Below, in pieces: positions 10,148-19,408 of a stretch of DNA of 60,351 nt. Each line of letters starts with the position of its first letter. The stretch's first letter is position 1. Where the stretch lies: assembly GCA_964652315.1 (NCBI GenBank), contig CAZZBU010000007.1, forward strand, positions 1 to 60,351, in the 5' to 3' direction. The DNA comes from an uncultured Bacteroidales bacterium (GTDB lineage Bacteria; Bacteroidota; Bacteroidia; Bacteroidales; JAAAOM01). The translations under genes and the position numbers were made by a program. The notes under the pieces were generated by a model. It was not told the DNA's origin and did no database searches. It saw only the letters and a program-made list of their open reading frames with translations.

Positions 10148-10537
10148 ATGGAAAAGCAAAAATCGCAGCATATTGTATTTATCGACAGCGAATGCATCAT
10201 GTGCAATACCTTTATGCAGATAATTACCCGTGCCGATAAAAAGGAGCAGTTTTCCTTTATGCCGCTGCAATCGCCAAAATCTCAGAAGATACTTGAGCCT
10301 TTTCAGGAGAAGGATCTGGATGAAACAGTTGTTTTTCTCTCCGGAGGGCATGTTTATATCAAATCAGAGGCAGTATTGCAGATTGCCAGAATGTTGCCTT
10401 TTCCCTGGCGGTTAATTTATTATTCAAGGATATTCCCGCGAAGGTGGCTTGATTCTGTTTATGACTGGGTAGCCAGAAACCGGTATAAGTGGTTTGGGAA
10501 AAATAATTTTTGCCCGTTGCCAAATCTTAAGGATTAA
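10148..10537 (+). CDS. DCC1-like thiol-disulfide oxidoreductase (DUF393)
   Basis: DSECIMC (DxxCxxC) and YDWVARNRYKWFG. Confidence 0.85.
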   Translation: MEKQKSQHIVFIDSECIMCNTFMQIITRADKKEQFSFMPLQSPKSQKILEPFQEKDLDETVVFLSGGHVYIKSEAVLQIARMLPFPWRLIYYSRIFPRRWLDSVYDWVARNRYKWFGKNNFCPLPNLKD

Positions 10538-10542
10538 GGCAT

Positions 10543-11088
10543 TCATTCAAGTTCCAGTTTTCCTTCTTCAAATTGCTTGTATTTAGCTGAAAACAAAGCC
10601 ATCAGGTTGCTTAGCGTAGTCATGGCAGATACTGTTTCCTGGGTAACCTCACGTTTTTTGAGCCGCATAAGCAATAAGCCATACAACCCGGTGAGGCTAA
10701 CCTCAATATCGCCTTTTTTTACCGATTTGATCCGTTCGCGTAATTCCTCAATATTCGGCTTTGCCCAGGAGTATACTTCTTTGTATTTGGTTTCGGTATT
10801 GCTTTCAAGCAGCCGGTGATGAAAATCTTCCATATCGCGAAGCACATTATTAACCATACTCAGATGCCCTGATTCGGTAATTCCTTCTTCTTTCATCATA
10901 ATGATGAGATTGGTATACCAGTCACTGATTTCGGCCAGAACGGATGCCGGTTGATCAAATCCTTTTATGATGTGTTCGTTTATTTTATCCAAATCAAAGT
11001 TATGTGCCCTAATGATATCTTCAACCTGCCACATATACAGGACATATTCTGCTATATTGCTTTTTTTCTTTTCTCTTGCAATGATCAT
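10543..11088 (-). CDS. DUF4924 family protein
   Basis: NIAEYVLYMWQVEDIIRA, typical Bacteroidota family. Confidence 0.8.
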   Translation of the reverse strand: MIIAREKKKSNIAEYVLYMWQVEDIIRAHNFDLDKINEHIIKGFDQPASVLAEISDWYTNLIIMMKEEGITESGHLSMVNNVLRDMEDFHHRLLESNTETKYKEVYSWAKPNIEELRERIKSVKKGDIEVSLTGLYGLLLMRLKKREVTQETVSAMTTLSNLMALFSAKYKQFEEGKLELE

Positions 11089-11099
11089 AATTCACTCTA

Positions 11100-11486
11100 T
11101 TATTCTTCTTTTCCAATGATGCGGTTCAATGTACGGCGTTCCTTTTTTGTTGGGCGCCCGCTTCCTCTATCTCGTTTGTAAAAATAATTTTCATTTATTT
11201 TCAACTTTTCCAGCTCTTCCAGGGAAGTTAAATCTTCATAATTTTGTTGGGCAACCTGCGCAGAAACCCGTTTTTCGATAATGCCGGTTACTTTATAGGT
11301 GTAAATTACAGGGTGCTTTCGAACCGTAATGATGTCACCTGTTTTTATTGTTCGTGAGGGTTTGGCCTCCATACCGTCTACCAGTATCCTGCCTTTTTTG
11401 CAGGCTTCTGTTGCTAAGCTCCGGGTTTTGTAAATCCGTATGGCCCATAGCCATTTATCAATGCGTATCTGATCCTTATTTTCCAA
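11100..11486 (-). CDS. S4-domain RNA-binding protein (Hsp15/HslR-like)
   Basis: RIDKWLWAIRIYKTRSLA and GRPTKKERR. Start moved to TTG 11486, just after a TATTTTTG promoter element. Confidence 0.85.
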   Translation of the reverse strand: MENKDQIRIDKWLWAIRIYKTRSLATEACKKGRILVDGMEAKPSRTIKTGDIITVRKHPVIYTYKVTGIIEKRVSAQVAQQNYEDLTSLEELEKLKINENYFYKRDRGSGRPTKKERRTLNRIIGKEE

Positions 11487-11564
11487 ACTTTTTACTGCAA
11501 AAATAAAGGTTTTACAAGGGAAGCTCAAGATTTATGCCCATTATTTTTAACCTGTCATTAGTCA

Positions 11565-12179
11565 TTAAGGGTTTAAAAAGTAAGACCAGAGCATCCAAAG
11601 CGCTACGATAAATAGCGTGGCTCCAAACACCCAACCCTGAATTTTTTGTGCTCGGGGCGAAGAAAACCGCTTTAAAAACCATTGCCCAAAAGCCCACCAG
11701 AGCAGATGTGCAGACAGGGATATCACAACTGTCAGGCCGGAAAGGATAAATATCTGGTTTGTTTTGGGATAGGGCAGGATAAGAAAGGTGTTGAACATAA
11801 TGCTTACACCTACAATTCCTTTAGGATTAAACAGATTAATAATAACAGCTTCTTTTACATCCGGCAGTTCTTTAGTGGATGCTTCATTGCTGTTTTTTGG
11901 TCTGTATACAAATTTTACTGCCATATAAACCAAAAACAATGCCCCAAAAACGGCAATGAGTGTTTTTAAAAGAGGCCATTTTTCCAGCAACATGTTTAAC
12001 CCAAAACCAATGGCAATGGTCATGAAAACAATGGTGATGTTTGCACCGGCAAGATACCGGATAAACTGATTTTTTGGTGCCTGACTGCCCAATGCAGCGC
12101 ATATAAGGTTATTTGGCCCTGCTGAATAAACAATGGGGGCCATAAATAAGAACCATGCCAGTAGATAGGAATAAGTCAT
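11565..12179 (-). CDS. LysE/RhtB family amino-acid exporter
   Basis: SAGPNNL and NLFNPKG motifs, hydrophobic; likely start ATG 12179. Confidence 0.75.
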   Translation of the reverse strand: MTYSYLLAWFLFMAPIVYSAGPNNLICAALGSQAPKNQFIRYLAGANITIVFMTIAIGFGLNMLLEKWPLLKTLIAVFGALFLVYMAVKFVYRPKNSNEASTKELPDVKEAVIINLFNPKGIVGVSIMFNTFLILPYPKTNQIFILSGLTVVISLSAHLLWWAFGQWFLKRFSSPRAQKIQGWVFGATLFIVALWMLWSYFLNP

Positions 12180-12288
12180 GTTTAAAAATAAGTGCAAAAA
12201 TATAAAAATACCCTTGTCTGCAACTATGTGATTAATTATGGTTTTAAACAAGTCTGGATTAATCCGGTATTGTTTGTGACGAATCTTT

Positions 12289-12296
12289 TACTTTTG
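12289..12296 (+). promoter_or_regulatory. Bacteroidota sigma-A -7 element
   Basis: TACTTTTG 20 nt before ATG 12317. Confidence 0.5.
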
Positions 12297-12316
12297 CATA
12301 AATACCGTCTGGAAAT

Positions 12317-13354
12317 ATGTTATATGTATGTTTGACATTTGATTGGGAAGGGGAGCATTTCAATAATATCCATGAGTTTAAAAGTATAATGGATGGTATT
12401 GGAACAGATATTCCTGTGACTCATTTTATATGCCCGGCATACTTTACCGGGAAAATCCCCCGGGCAGAGAATATAATTAATGCTACAGTTAAAAAGATCG
12501 ATGAAATTGGATTGCATGTACATTGTTATAGATCCCTCATCCAGGCAGCAGGAGTTGAATTTCGGACAGAACCTGATTATTATAAGCAACACTCTGGGTT
12601 AAGAAAAACAAAAGATATCCTAAGTAGGATTTTCCCTCATGAGTTTACAAAGAAACTGATGCAGGCATTTATTTCGGGGCGTGGAGTACCATTGAGCGCA
12701 TATAAGAAGATAGAAATTGAAACCATTCTGAAGTTTTCTGCCCATGTGCTTTCAAATACACTGAACAGGGAAATTCAATCTTTCCGGTCAGGAGGCTGGC
12801 TTGCCAATGACACTGTGTACGAGGCATTGATTAGCACCGGAATTCTGGTTGATTCAAGTGCTGTGCCACCTCAGGTTGTGGGCAAGACAAACAGTTATTT
12901 GCCTGATGAAGGGCTCACAGATGATTACGGCGAAGCATATCCGGTTTTCAGTGATTTTGTTAGGGCACTTTGGGGTAATTCTCTTCAGTCCACAGGTTTT
13001 TTATCGAATAGCTTGAGATTTAACGCCTTTAATGATAACATCACATACGATACATTCAGTTTTGATATTCATTCATTGAAAGTACTGGTTAATAATTTCG
13101 GGATGAGCGATTTTGTAACTTTTAAGCAAACCATTAAACCCTGGTTGGAAAACATCCAGGATTTGAATGACCAGGACTATGTGATTAACTATGGGTGCCA
13201 TCAGGAAGGAGCGTTTTTTTATAAAAAACCTGTGCTTGATCTCGTCCGGTATTTAAGGGCCAGTCATCAAAAGGAAATTTCGTTTGTTACAATTTCAGAA
13301 TTAAATCAAATTATGAGGACTAATAATTTTGAAAATCCGTGGATTTTACCTTAA
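12317..13354 (+). CDS. Polysaccharide deacetylase/CE4-like (NodB-fold) protein
   Basis: LTFDWE, THF, EIGLHVH, SFRSGGW, DSS motifs. Confidence 0.65.
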   Translation: MLYVCLTFDWEGEHFNNIHEFKSIMDGIGTDIPVTHFICPAYFTGKIPRAENIINATVKKIDEIGLHVHCYRSLIQAAGVEFRTEPDYYKQHSGLRKTKDILSRIFPHEFTKKLMQAFISGRGVPLSAYKKIEIETILKFSAHVLSNTLNREIQSFRSGGWLANDTVYEALISTGILVDSSAVPPQVVGKTNSYLPDEGLTDDYGEAYPVFSDFVRALWGNSLQSTGFLSNSLRFNAFNDNITYDTFSFDIHSLKVLVNNFGMSDFVTFKQTIKPWLENIQDLNDQDYVINYGCHQEGAFFYKKPVLDLVRYLRASHQKEISFVTISELNQIMRTNNFENPWILP

Positions 13355-13408
13355 ACATCAAACTTTGTATTATTTTTATTGGTTAAACGGTTGAAAACTC
13401 ATTAATGC

Positions 13409-14467
13409 ATGATGATTTATGCGGGACTGAAAAGAATCCTTGGATTTGCATTATTATTTGCAATGGTATGTATGCTCACCGGATGTGGTGCAGGCAATTT
13501 TCCATTTTATTTTGAGAACAAGGTGCAGGATGAAGTTCCCATTGATGTTTTGAAACCGGGAACACTTGCCATTCCTGATGTCCCCAGAAAAATTGGGCTG
13601 CTGTACCTTCCTGAGGACTATAAAAAGGTGAAATTGTTATATGTGAATTCTGATGATGATCCGGATGATACCCTGAATCATGAGCTTGGAAATGACATGC
13701 TAAATGGTGTGTATGATGGGGTGTTTCAACAAATAAATGGCAATACACCATTTGAAATTATAGAAACAAAGGATACCCTGCAAAAAGGTGACAGCCTGAC
13801 GGCATTATTTGGCCGGAGGTTATCTGAAAAGTGGCAGGTAGACGGAATTCTTACAGTTAACCGGCTACACGCCGAGTTTAAGTATGTTTTTCTGGATGAA
13901 GGACAGAATGAGAGTTTTGCAGAGCAGGTTTTGCTTGCCGGCTTGGCGCTGGAGATTTTCATGTACGATTATGCTAAGGATAAAATAACAACCTGGACCG
14001 ATACCCTGGGGGATCACTTTTATTCTAAAACAGTGCTTGAGCTTATGGATTACAGCTATGAACGGACGCCCATAAGTGAAGTAGATGGGTATTTAGGATT
14101 TGAACTTGGCAAAGCGGCTATCAATAAAGTGTTTCCTCATTGGGAAAGTGTGGAACGAAACTTTTATGGACGCGCACACCAGGTACTCCGGAAGGCCAAA
14201 AGGCATGTGATAGCAGGCGAATGGGAAGCCGCAGGTCATTTGTGGAATGAAAATATAAACAGTGAAAACCGGGTATTGGCCAAGCACAGCAAGTATAATC
14301 TGATTTTATTCCAGGAAATAAATAATAACCTTAATGAAGCGCTGGAGCTGGCCAAACAATATGATAAGCAATATAGGGATCAAAGGGTAAAAAAATACAT
14401 AGCCACTCTTGAGAAGCGGATAGAAGAAAATAAAATCCTTGATAAGCAATTGGATGTTATCCGGTAA
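13409..14467 (+). CDS. Lipoprotein with C-terminal TPR-like helices (DUF6340-like)
   Basis: Lipobox LTGC; PHWESVERNFY...W..A...W...YN...E...L..ALE.A pattern. Confidence 0.65.
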   Translation: MMIYAGLKRILGFALLFAMVCMLTGCGAGNFPFYFENKVQDEVPIDVLKPGTLAIPDVPRKIGLLYLPEDYKKVKLLYVNSDDDPDDTLNHELGNDMLNGVYDGVFQQINGNTPFEIIETKDTLQKGDSLTALFGRRLSEKWQVDGILTVNRLHAEFKYVFLDEGQNESFAEQVLLAGLALEIFMYDYAKDKITTWTDTLGDHFYSKTVLELMDYSYERTPISEVDGYLGFELGKAAINKVFPHWESVERNFYGRAHQVLRKAKRHVIAGEWEAAGHLWNENINSENRVLAKHSKYNLILFQEINNNLNEALELAKQYDKQYRDQRVKKYIATLEKRIEENKILDKQLDVIR

Positions 14468-14476
14468 TTTATGTTT

Positions 14477-14911
14477 TTATTCGGGTACCAGGGTCCACAT
14501 ATAATGAACGCCTTTCTTTTGATCCATAAAAGACAGTCGCATCCTGTTTTTACCCAACTCATTGATGATGTATTCTGTGGTATCCTGGTCGATTTCTATT
14601 CTAAGAATTGTTTTAATATCATTGAATTGCCAGGAACCTGCAACGCTTTGATCGGGTGTGTCGCTACATACCGTATCTCCTTCGGTGATTTCAAAACTAA
14701 AATCAGCGTAGAAAATCCGTTCATTATCCAAAACACATTCAGGATAGTCCTCGGTAACATTGGAAGTGTCTGCAATGATTTCACTTATCAGCCAGCTTTT
14801 TCCGTCATTTGAGGATATAAGTTGTGTGTACGTGAAATCTTCTTCCTTGCTGCAAAATGTCAGGAGCAGCAGACTACATATCAGGGCAATAATTGATTTT
14901 GTTTGATTCAT
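14477..14911 (-). CDS. Lipocalin-like lipoprotein
   Basis: Lipobox LTFC; KSW, C.LDN, GSWQF beta-barrel pattern. Confidence 0.65.
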   Translation of the reverse strand: MNQTKSIIALICSLLLLTFCSKEEDFTYTQLISSNDGKSWLISEIIADTSNVTEDYPECVLDNERIFYADFSFEITEGDTVCSDTPDQSVAGSWQFNDIKTILRIEIDQDTTEYIINELGKNRMRLSFMDQKKGVHYMWTLVPE

Positions 14912-14991
14912 GTATTATGTGTTTTATTTTCCCAAATATACGGAAGAAACGCATTTAGGATTCCTTTATACCCTAAAAATATGCCTGGAAT

Positions 14992-15020
14992 AAAAAAAAG
15001 CCTGATGAACCAGGCTTTTT
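14992..15020 (-). terminator. Intrinsic terminator (possibly bidirectional) after the 79-aa ORF
   Basis: AAAAAAAAGCCTG-ATGAAC-CAGGCTTTTT perfect stem with U8 on the minus strand. Confidence 0.8.
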
Positions 15021-15047
15021 AACAATAAATATTTTAGATAGTTATCA

Positions 15048-15287
15048 CTAAACTACTTGACTTGTAGCTTTCTTTGTACCGGAAAACATTTCTTTGTACA
15101 TATCTTTTAACCGGTTCTGTAAGGTATAAACCATTTCCCTGATTTGATTTGTTTCCTCAATGATTTTAGACGTTTCGTAATCCTCCAATTCCTCGTTGTG
15201 AAGAACGCTGTAGTTAAGCTCAATCTTTTTCTGATATTCGCTAATCCTGCTTTTAATAGCCTCAATATTAAGTGCTTCTGCTTTCAT
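15048..15287 (-). CDS. Small coiled-coil hypothetical protein
   Basis: ATG start, heptad-like composition, own terminator 28 nt downstream. Confidence 0.65.
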   Translation of the reverse strand: MKAEALNIEAIKSRISEYQKKIELNYSVLHNEELEDYETSKIIEETNQIREMVYTLQNRLKDMYKEMFSGTKKATSQVV

Positions 15288-15551
15288 AGTCCAAGAAGTT
15301 AATGTTATCTAAAGGTAACTAACTGCTGCGTGAATGTCAATTATTTTTTCGATTTTGTAAAATCTTTTTATCAACAATTTGTTTATAACATAAAATCATT
15401 TTCATTAACCGTTTTTTGTAATGATCATAACAAACAACATTCGCAACATGTTTGGTTCGCATGAATATTTTCACTTTGTGGCACAAATATCGTGCCCATG
15501 AGAAAACAAGTATGAATGTTTGGTTGGTAGTTGTCAGAAAAAGCCAGATTG

Positions 15552-16280
15552 TTAGTCTACCTTTCTAATGGTACCAGCACTGGACGATTCGCTTTTTATT
15601 ACATTGCCCTCGCCACGGTAACGGATATCACCTGCACTGCTGGCCGATAAAATAAATTCTTCATTAGCAAATACTTCAGCATTGCCGGAACTTGAAACAG
15701 ATACTTTACATTTATTTGTTTCGAGATTAAATGCATTCAGGTCGCCTGCGCTGCTCAAACTGGCATCCATGCTGTTGGCCCTGCCTGATAGTGTGGCATT
15801 ACCTGCGCTTGATATGTCCAAATCAATGTGGTTGGCATTTAACTCAAGGTGAAGATCCCCGGCACTGCTCAGGTCAATTTCAATGTTTTCAACATTAAAC
15901 GGGGTTTCAGCCTTTAAATTGCCGGCACTGTTAATATTTATCTTATCCAGCAAAGGGGTAGAAACATAGATTTCTTTCTTTTTTGCCGAACGTATATTCA
16001 CGTCACTCTCTATAACAAGTGTTCCGTTGAATACATCCGTACGGATGATATCATGAAGATTTTCATCAGCCACCACTTTTAGAGGTTGATTATCGCCCTG
16101 GGTTAAAAACACATCTATTCCATTTTCGACTGAGATACTGTGAAATTTATCAACAGTGCGTTCCATTTCAACCACATTTCCATTTCCGGATATGCCTGAC
16201 CCATCCCAGAATACATCACAGGAGTAAGATAAAAGAATCAGGCTGAATAGTGAGGTAAAAAAGCTGGCTTTTGATTTCAT
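15552..16280 (-). CDS. Head GIN domain (DUF2807) lipoprotein
   Basis: Lipobox SYSC; GNGNV, ADENLH, repeated SSAG-x-L beta-helix units, I.Y.G. Confidence 0.85.
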   Translation of the reverse strand: MKSKASFFTSLFSLILLSYSCDVFWDGSGISGNGNVVEMERTVDKFHSISVENGIDVFLTQGDNQPLKVVADENLHDIIRTDVFNGTLVIESDVNIRSAKKKEIYVSTPLLDKININSAGNLKAETPFNVENIEIDLSSAGDLHLELNANHIDLDISSAGNATLSGRANSMDASLSSAGDLNAFNLETNKCKVSVSSSGNAEVFANEEFILSASSAGDIRYRGEGNVIKSESSSAGTIRKVD

Positions 16281-16399
16281 ACTTTGAGTTAATTGGTTAT
16301 TGTAAAACTATGAATTATTCCTGATATTCAGTGAAAAAAGGATAAAAAAAGTGAATCAGGTGCATCTTTTTCTTAATGCAAGCAGTTTATACATAATTG

Positions 16400-16414
16400 T
16401 GGCACAATTGTTGA
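16400..16414 (+). promoter_or_regulatory. Candidate sigma54 promoter for a small RNA
   Basis: TGGCAC-AATTG-TTGA with exact -24/-12 spacing; predicted +1 near 16426. Confidence 0.55.
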
Positions 16415-16425
16415 AATAATAAAAA

Positions 16426-16516
16426 TACGATTATATAGTTAGTTTTTAGGTTAGTAGTTAGGTTTTAGTTAGTTGAAAAAGATTGCCTTCGTCGCCCGGC
16501 GAAGGCAGTTTTTTTT
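16426..16516 (+). ncRNA. Candidate ~90-nt small RNA with UUAG repeats
   Basis: Promoter-like site, then a 57-nt C-free stretch with six TTAG, then a 13-bp hairpin plus T8. Both flanking genes are on the minus strand. Confidence 0.55.
16481..16516 (+). terminator. Intrinsic terminator on + strand
   Basis: GATTGCCTTCGTC-GCCC-GGCGAAGGCAGTT then T run; the three G-U pairs form only on the + strand. Confidence 0.75.
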
Positions 16517-16562
16517 ATAATTATTGCTTTTCTGGTGAGATTTTTAGAAATATAAACAAGGA

Positions 16563-17285
16563 TTATTGCTGTGTTATACCTGATTTTTCATTCACTTCAA
16601 GTTTAAATCCTGAATTATGAATGTTGGTAATGGATATGGTGTCATCGTCTTTTAAAATTTTTCTCAATTTAGTTATATATACATCCATGCTTCTACCCAT
16701 AAAATAGTCATTCTGTCCCCAAATGGTTTTTAGGGCGATTTCCCTCCGGAGCAGATTATTCTTATTGATGCATAGCAGGTGCAATACCTGGGATTCTTTT
16801 TTCGTCAGCTTCCGCTCGCCTTCGGGCCACGATAAAATCTGATTGGCATAATCAAAGGTATACTTTCCAAGCTTAAATAGCTGGGGTGTAGAAATAATGC
16901 CATCATGGAATTTTAACCGTTTCTGGATGGCACGGATCCTCAATTCAAGTTCTTCAGTTGAAAAAGGTTTATTGATGTAATCATCACCACCAATGCGGTA
17001 ACCTCTGATTCTGTCTTCATCCATTGATTTGGCTGTAATAAAAATAATAGGGATCTCACAATCTTTTGTCCGGATCTCTTCAGCCAGGGTGAAACCATCT
17101 TTTACAGGAAGCATAACATCAAGCAGGCAGATGTCATATTTTTTCTTTTCAAAGGCTGTTAACCCTGCCTGTCCATTTTCTTCAAGATCAACTTCATAGC
17201 CTTTCATTTCCAGAAAATCCTTGATAATGTATCCAAGGTTTTTATCATCTTCAACAACCAATAGTGTCGCTTTTGCTTTCTTCAT
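16563..17285 (-). CDS. OmpR-family response regulator (RprY-like)
   Basis: LVVEDD, LLDVMLP, DYINKPF, winged helix GRSMDVYITKLRK. Confidence 0.9.
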   Translation of the reverse strand: MKKAKATLLVVEDDKNLGYIIKDFLEMKGYEVDLEENGQAGLTAFEKKKYDICLLDVMLPVKDGFTLAEEIRTKDCEIPIIFITAKSMDEDRIRGYRIGGDDYINKPFSTEELELRIRAIQKRLKFHDGIISTPQLFKLGKYTFDYANQILSWPEGERKLTKKESQVLHLLCINKNNLLRREIALKTIWGQNDYFMGRSMDVYITKLRKILKDDDTISITNIHNSGFKLEVNEKSGITQQ

Positions 17286-17300
17286 GCTAAAAATCTATTG

Positions 17301-18593
17301 TTAGGTTTTAGACTGACTGTTTTTGCTTATCTCATGATGCCCCACCGGAAACTGAATGGTAAAGTTGCTCCCTTTGTGGGGTTCGCTGCTTACTTTTATT
17401 TTACCGCCGTGTGCATCAACCATTGTTTTAACATAATAAAGCCCAATACCAAATCCCCGTACATCATGAACATTGCCTGTTGGTACCCGGTAAAACCTGT
17501 CAAAAATCTGATTTATAGTTTTATTTGGGATACCAATACCATTATCTTCTATTTCAATAAACGCATTTTCCTTTGCTGTATCGTAATATGTTTTAATTTT
17601 TATTTCTGGTTTTTCTCCTGAATATTTTGATGCGTTATCCACCAGGTTAATAATAATGTTCGAAATATGTAGTGCATCACCTTCAATAACCGGTTCATTT
17701 TTATCAAAATCATAATGCATAACAACTTCTTTTTCGCATTGTTCAAGGCAGAGATTATGTACTGTGTTCTTGATAAGGTTGTTGAGATGAATTTCTTCAA
17801 CGTTTAGTTTTATTTCTTCCCTTTCAAGCTGGGCGAGTTGCAAAACCCTGTCAACCAGATCTTGCAATCTGTTGTTTTCTTCATGTATAATGGTTGCATA
17901 CTTTTTTAGCCGCTCATTTTTACCTTCCACGCTTTTTAATATCTCGGAGGTTAATGCAATGGTGGAAATTGGTGTTTTGAATTCATGCGACATGTTGTTG
18001 ATAAAATCATTCTTCATGTCAGACAAGCGTTTTTGTTTTAAAAGGTTATGAAGGGTAAATCCGAAAGTAAAAACAATGGTCAATAAAAATATTCCTGAAA
18101 CAATCAGCCATGTCGACATTTCCCACAAAATTTTGTTTGACTGAGTGGGAAAGAATAAGGCTATATGAAAGTATTCTTTATTCCAGAGACACGATAAACA
18201 AGCTTTATGGGCCACTGTGTTTTCGGTCCGTCCGAGGCAATTCCGCGATTCATAAATTACAGAATCATTGGCTGTTTTAACTATCTGATATCCATAGTTG
18301 TTTCCCAGTTTGTGATAATGAATGTATTTGCGCATTAATGTATCAACAAGGTTTGTATCAAGCACCCCGAACAGATGACCGGGGCCGGGGGATGAATCAA
18401 TATCTTGGTATTTTTCTTCGGCATAGATAACCAATTCATCCAAAACATCTTCGAGGGTAAGATTTGCCCGGTGATTAAAATGTTCTGTGCCCACTTTTAT
18501 GGCTTTGATAATCCAAATTGTTTGAGTGAGGATTAATCCGGCTAGAGCAATGGCTGTAAAAATTACAATAAAACGAATTGAACCTTTTTTCAT
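17301..18593 (-). CDS. Membrane sensor histidine kinase (RprX-like)
   Basis: Two TM, H-box NNMSHEFKTP, N-box NLVDNA, G-boxes DNGIG and GFGIGL. Confidence 0.92.
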   Translation of the reverse strand: MKKGSIRFIVIFTAIALAGLILTQTIWIIKAIKVGTEHFNHRANLTLEDVLDELVIYAEEKYQDIDSSPGPGHLFGVLDTNLVDTLMRKYIHYHKLGNNYGYQIVKTANDSVIYESRNCLGRTENTVAHKACLSCLWNKEYFHIALFFPTQSNKILWEMSTWLIVSGIFLLTIVFTFGFTLHNLLKQKRLSDMKNDFINNMSHEFKTPISTIALTSEILKSVEGKNERLKKYATIIHEENNRLQDLVDRVLQLAQLEREEIKLNVEEIHLNNLIKNTVHNLCLEQCEKEVVMHYDFDKNEPVIEGDALHISNIIINLVDNASKYSGEKPEIKIKTYYDTAKENAFIEIEDNGIGIPNKTINQIFDRFYRVPTGNVHDVRGFGIGLYYVKTMVDAHGGKIKVSSEPHKGSNFTIQFPVGHHEISKNSQSKT

Positions 18594-18752
18594 CAGTAAT
18601 TATAAATTTTTTAAGGTCTGATCTTCTTTGCCGTAAGTATATTTTAGCTTTGCTGAGCTTGCCTGATGCAAACCGGTTCTTCGCCAACTGGCAGATTGGT
18701 TAATGCTTTTTGGACAATATAAAGCAAATATGCTCATGGGTAGATCATCTGG

Positions 18753-18760
18753 CAAAAGTA
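18753..18760 (-). promoter_or_regulatory. Sigma-A -7 element upstream of the kinase/regulator operon
   Basis: TACTTTTG on the minus strand, about 160 nt upstream of the kinase ATG. Confidence 0.4.
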
Positions 18761-18797
18761 TCAATAATTGTTGGTTGTTATAGGGTTGTGATGAGGG

Positions 18798-18814
18798 TTA
18801 ACAGGGATTTAACA
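18798..18814. promoter_or_regulatory. Direct repeat TTAACA-N5-TTAACA, candidate OmpR-family box
   Basis: 11-bp-periodic repeat about 40 nt upstream of the -7 element of the two-component operon. Confidence 0.35.
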
Positions 18815-18827
18815 AGATGGTTCTAAT

Positions 18828-19391
18828 TCATTTCTTATTAAATTGATTCATGGTATGATTGATTCCAATGGTACCAAAGGCTTTGATTATTTCTATGGCC
18901 TGGTCAATTTTTTCGGGCAGAAGTTTTTTTTCTTCTTCGTCCCACTTTCCCAAAACATAATCAACCTGTGTGCCACGAGGAAAATCATTGCCAATGCCAA
19001 AGCGTAACCTTGCGTAAGTTGAAGTACCAAGTACCGATTGTATATTATTAAGTCCATTGTGTCCGGCATCTCCACCGCGGGGTTTCAGGCGCAGGGTTCC
19101 AAAAGGAAGGGCCAGATCATCAACTATAACCAGCAGGTTATCAATGGGGATTTTGGACTTTCTCATCCAATAGTTTACAGCCAGCCCACTTCGATTGACG
19201 TATGTTGATGGTTTTAGCAGGACAAATATTCTGGATTTATACTTTAGTTCGGCGACAAATCCATAACGTTTATCCTTAAAAGAAATATTGGATGCCTGAG
19301 TCCAGGCATCCAATATATCAAATCCGATATTATGTCTTGTATTTGCGTATTCAGGCCCGATATTACCAAGGCCGGCAATCAAATACTTCAA
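18828..19391 (-). CDS. pth: Peptidyl-tRNA hydrolase
   Basis: GLGNIG, TRHNIGF, GHNGL, RLRFGIG; TTG start. Confidence 0.95.
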   Translation of the reverse strand: MKYLIAGLGNIGPEYANTRHNIGFDILDAWTQASNISFKDKRYGFVAELKYKSRIFVLLKPSTYVNRSGLAVNYWMRKSKIPIDNLLVIVDDLALPFGTLRLKPRGGDAGHNGLNNIQSVLGTSTYARLRFGIGNDFPRGTQVDYVLGKWDEEEKKLLPEKIDQAIEIIKAFGTIGINHTMNQFNKK

Positions 19392-19408
19392 AACAATAAT
19401 TTATTTAA

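Noticed and set aside
18600-18737. 45-codon minus-strand ORF (MSIFALYC...) in the kinase leader
   Set aside because: No recognisable motif or biased composition; a length readily expected by chance. Needs homolog or Ribo-seq support.
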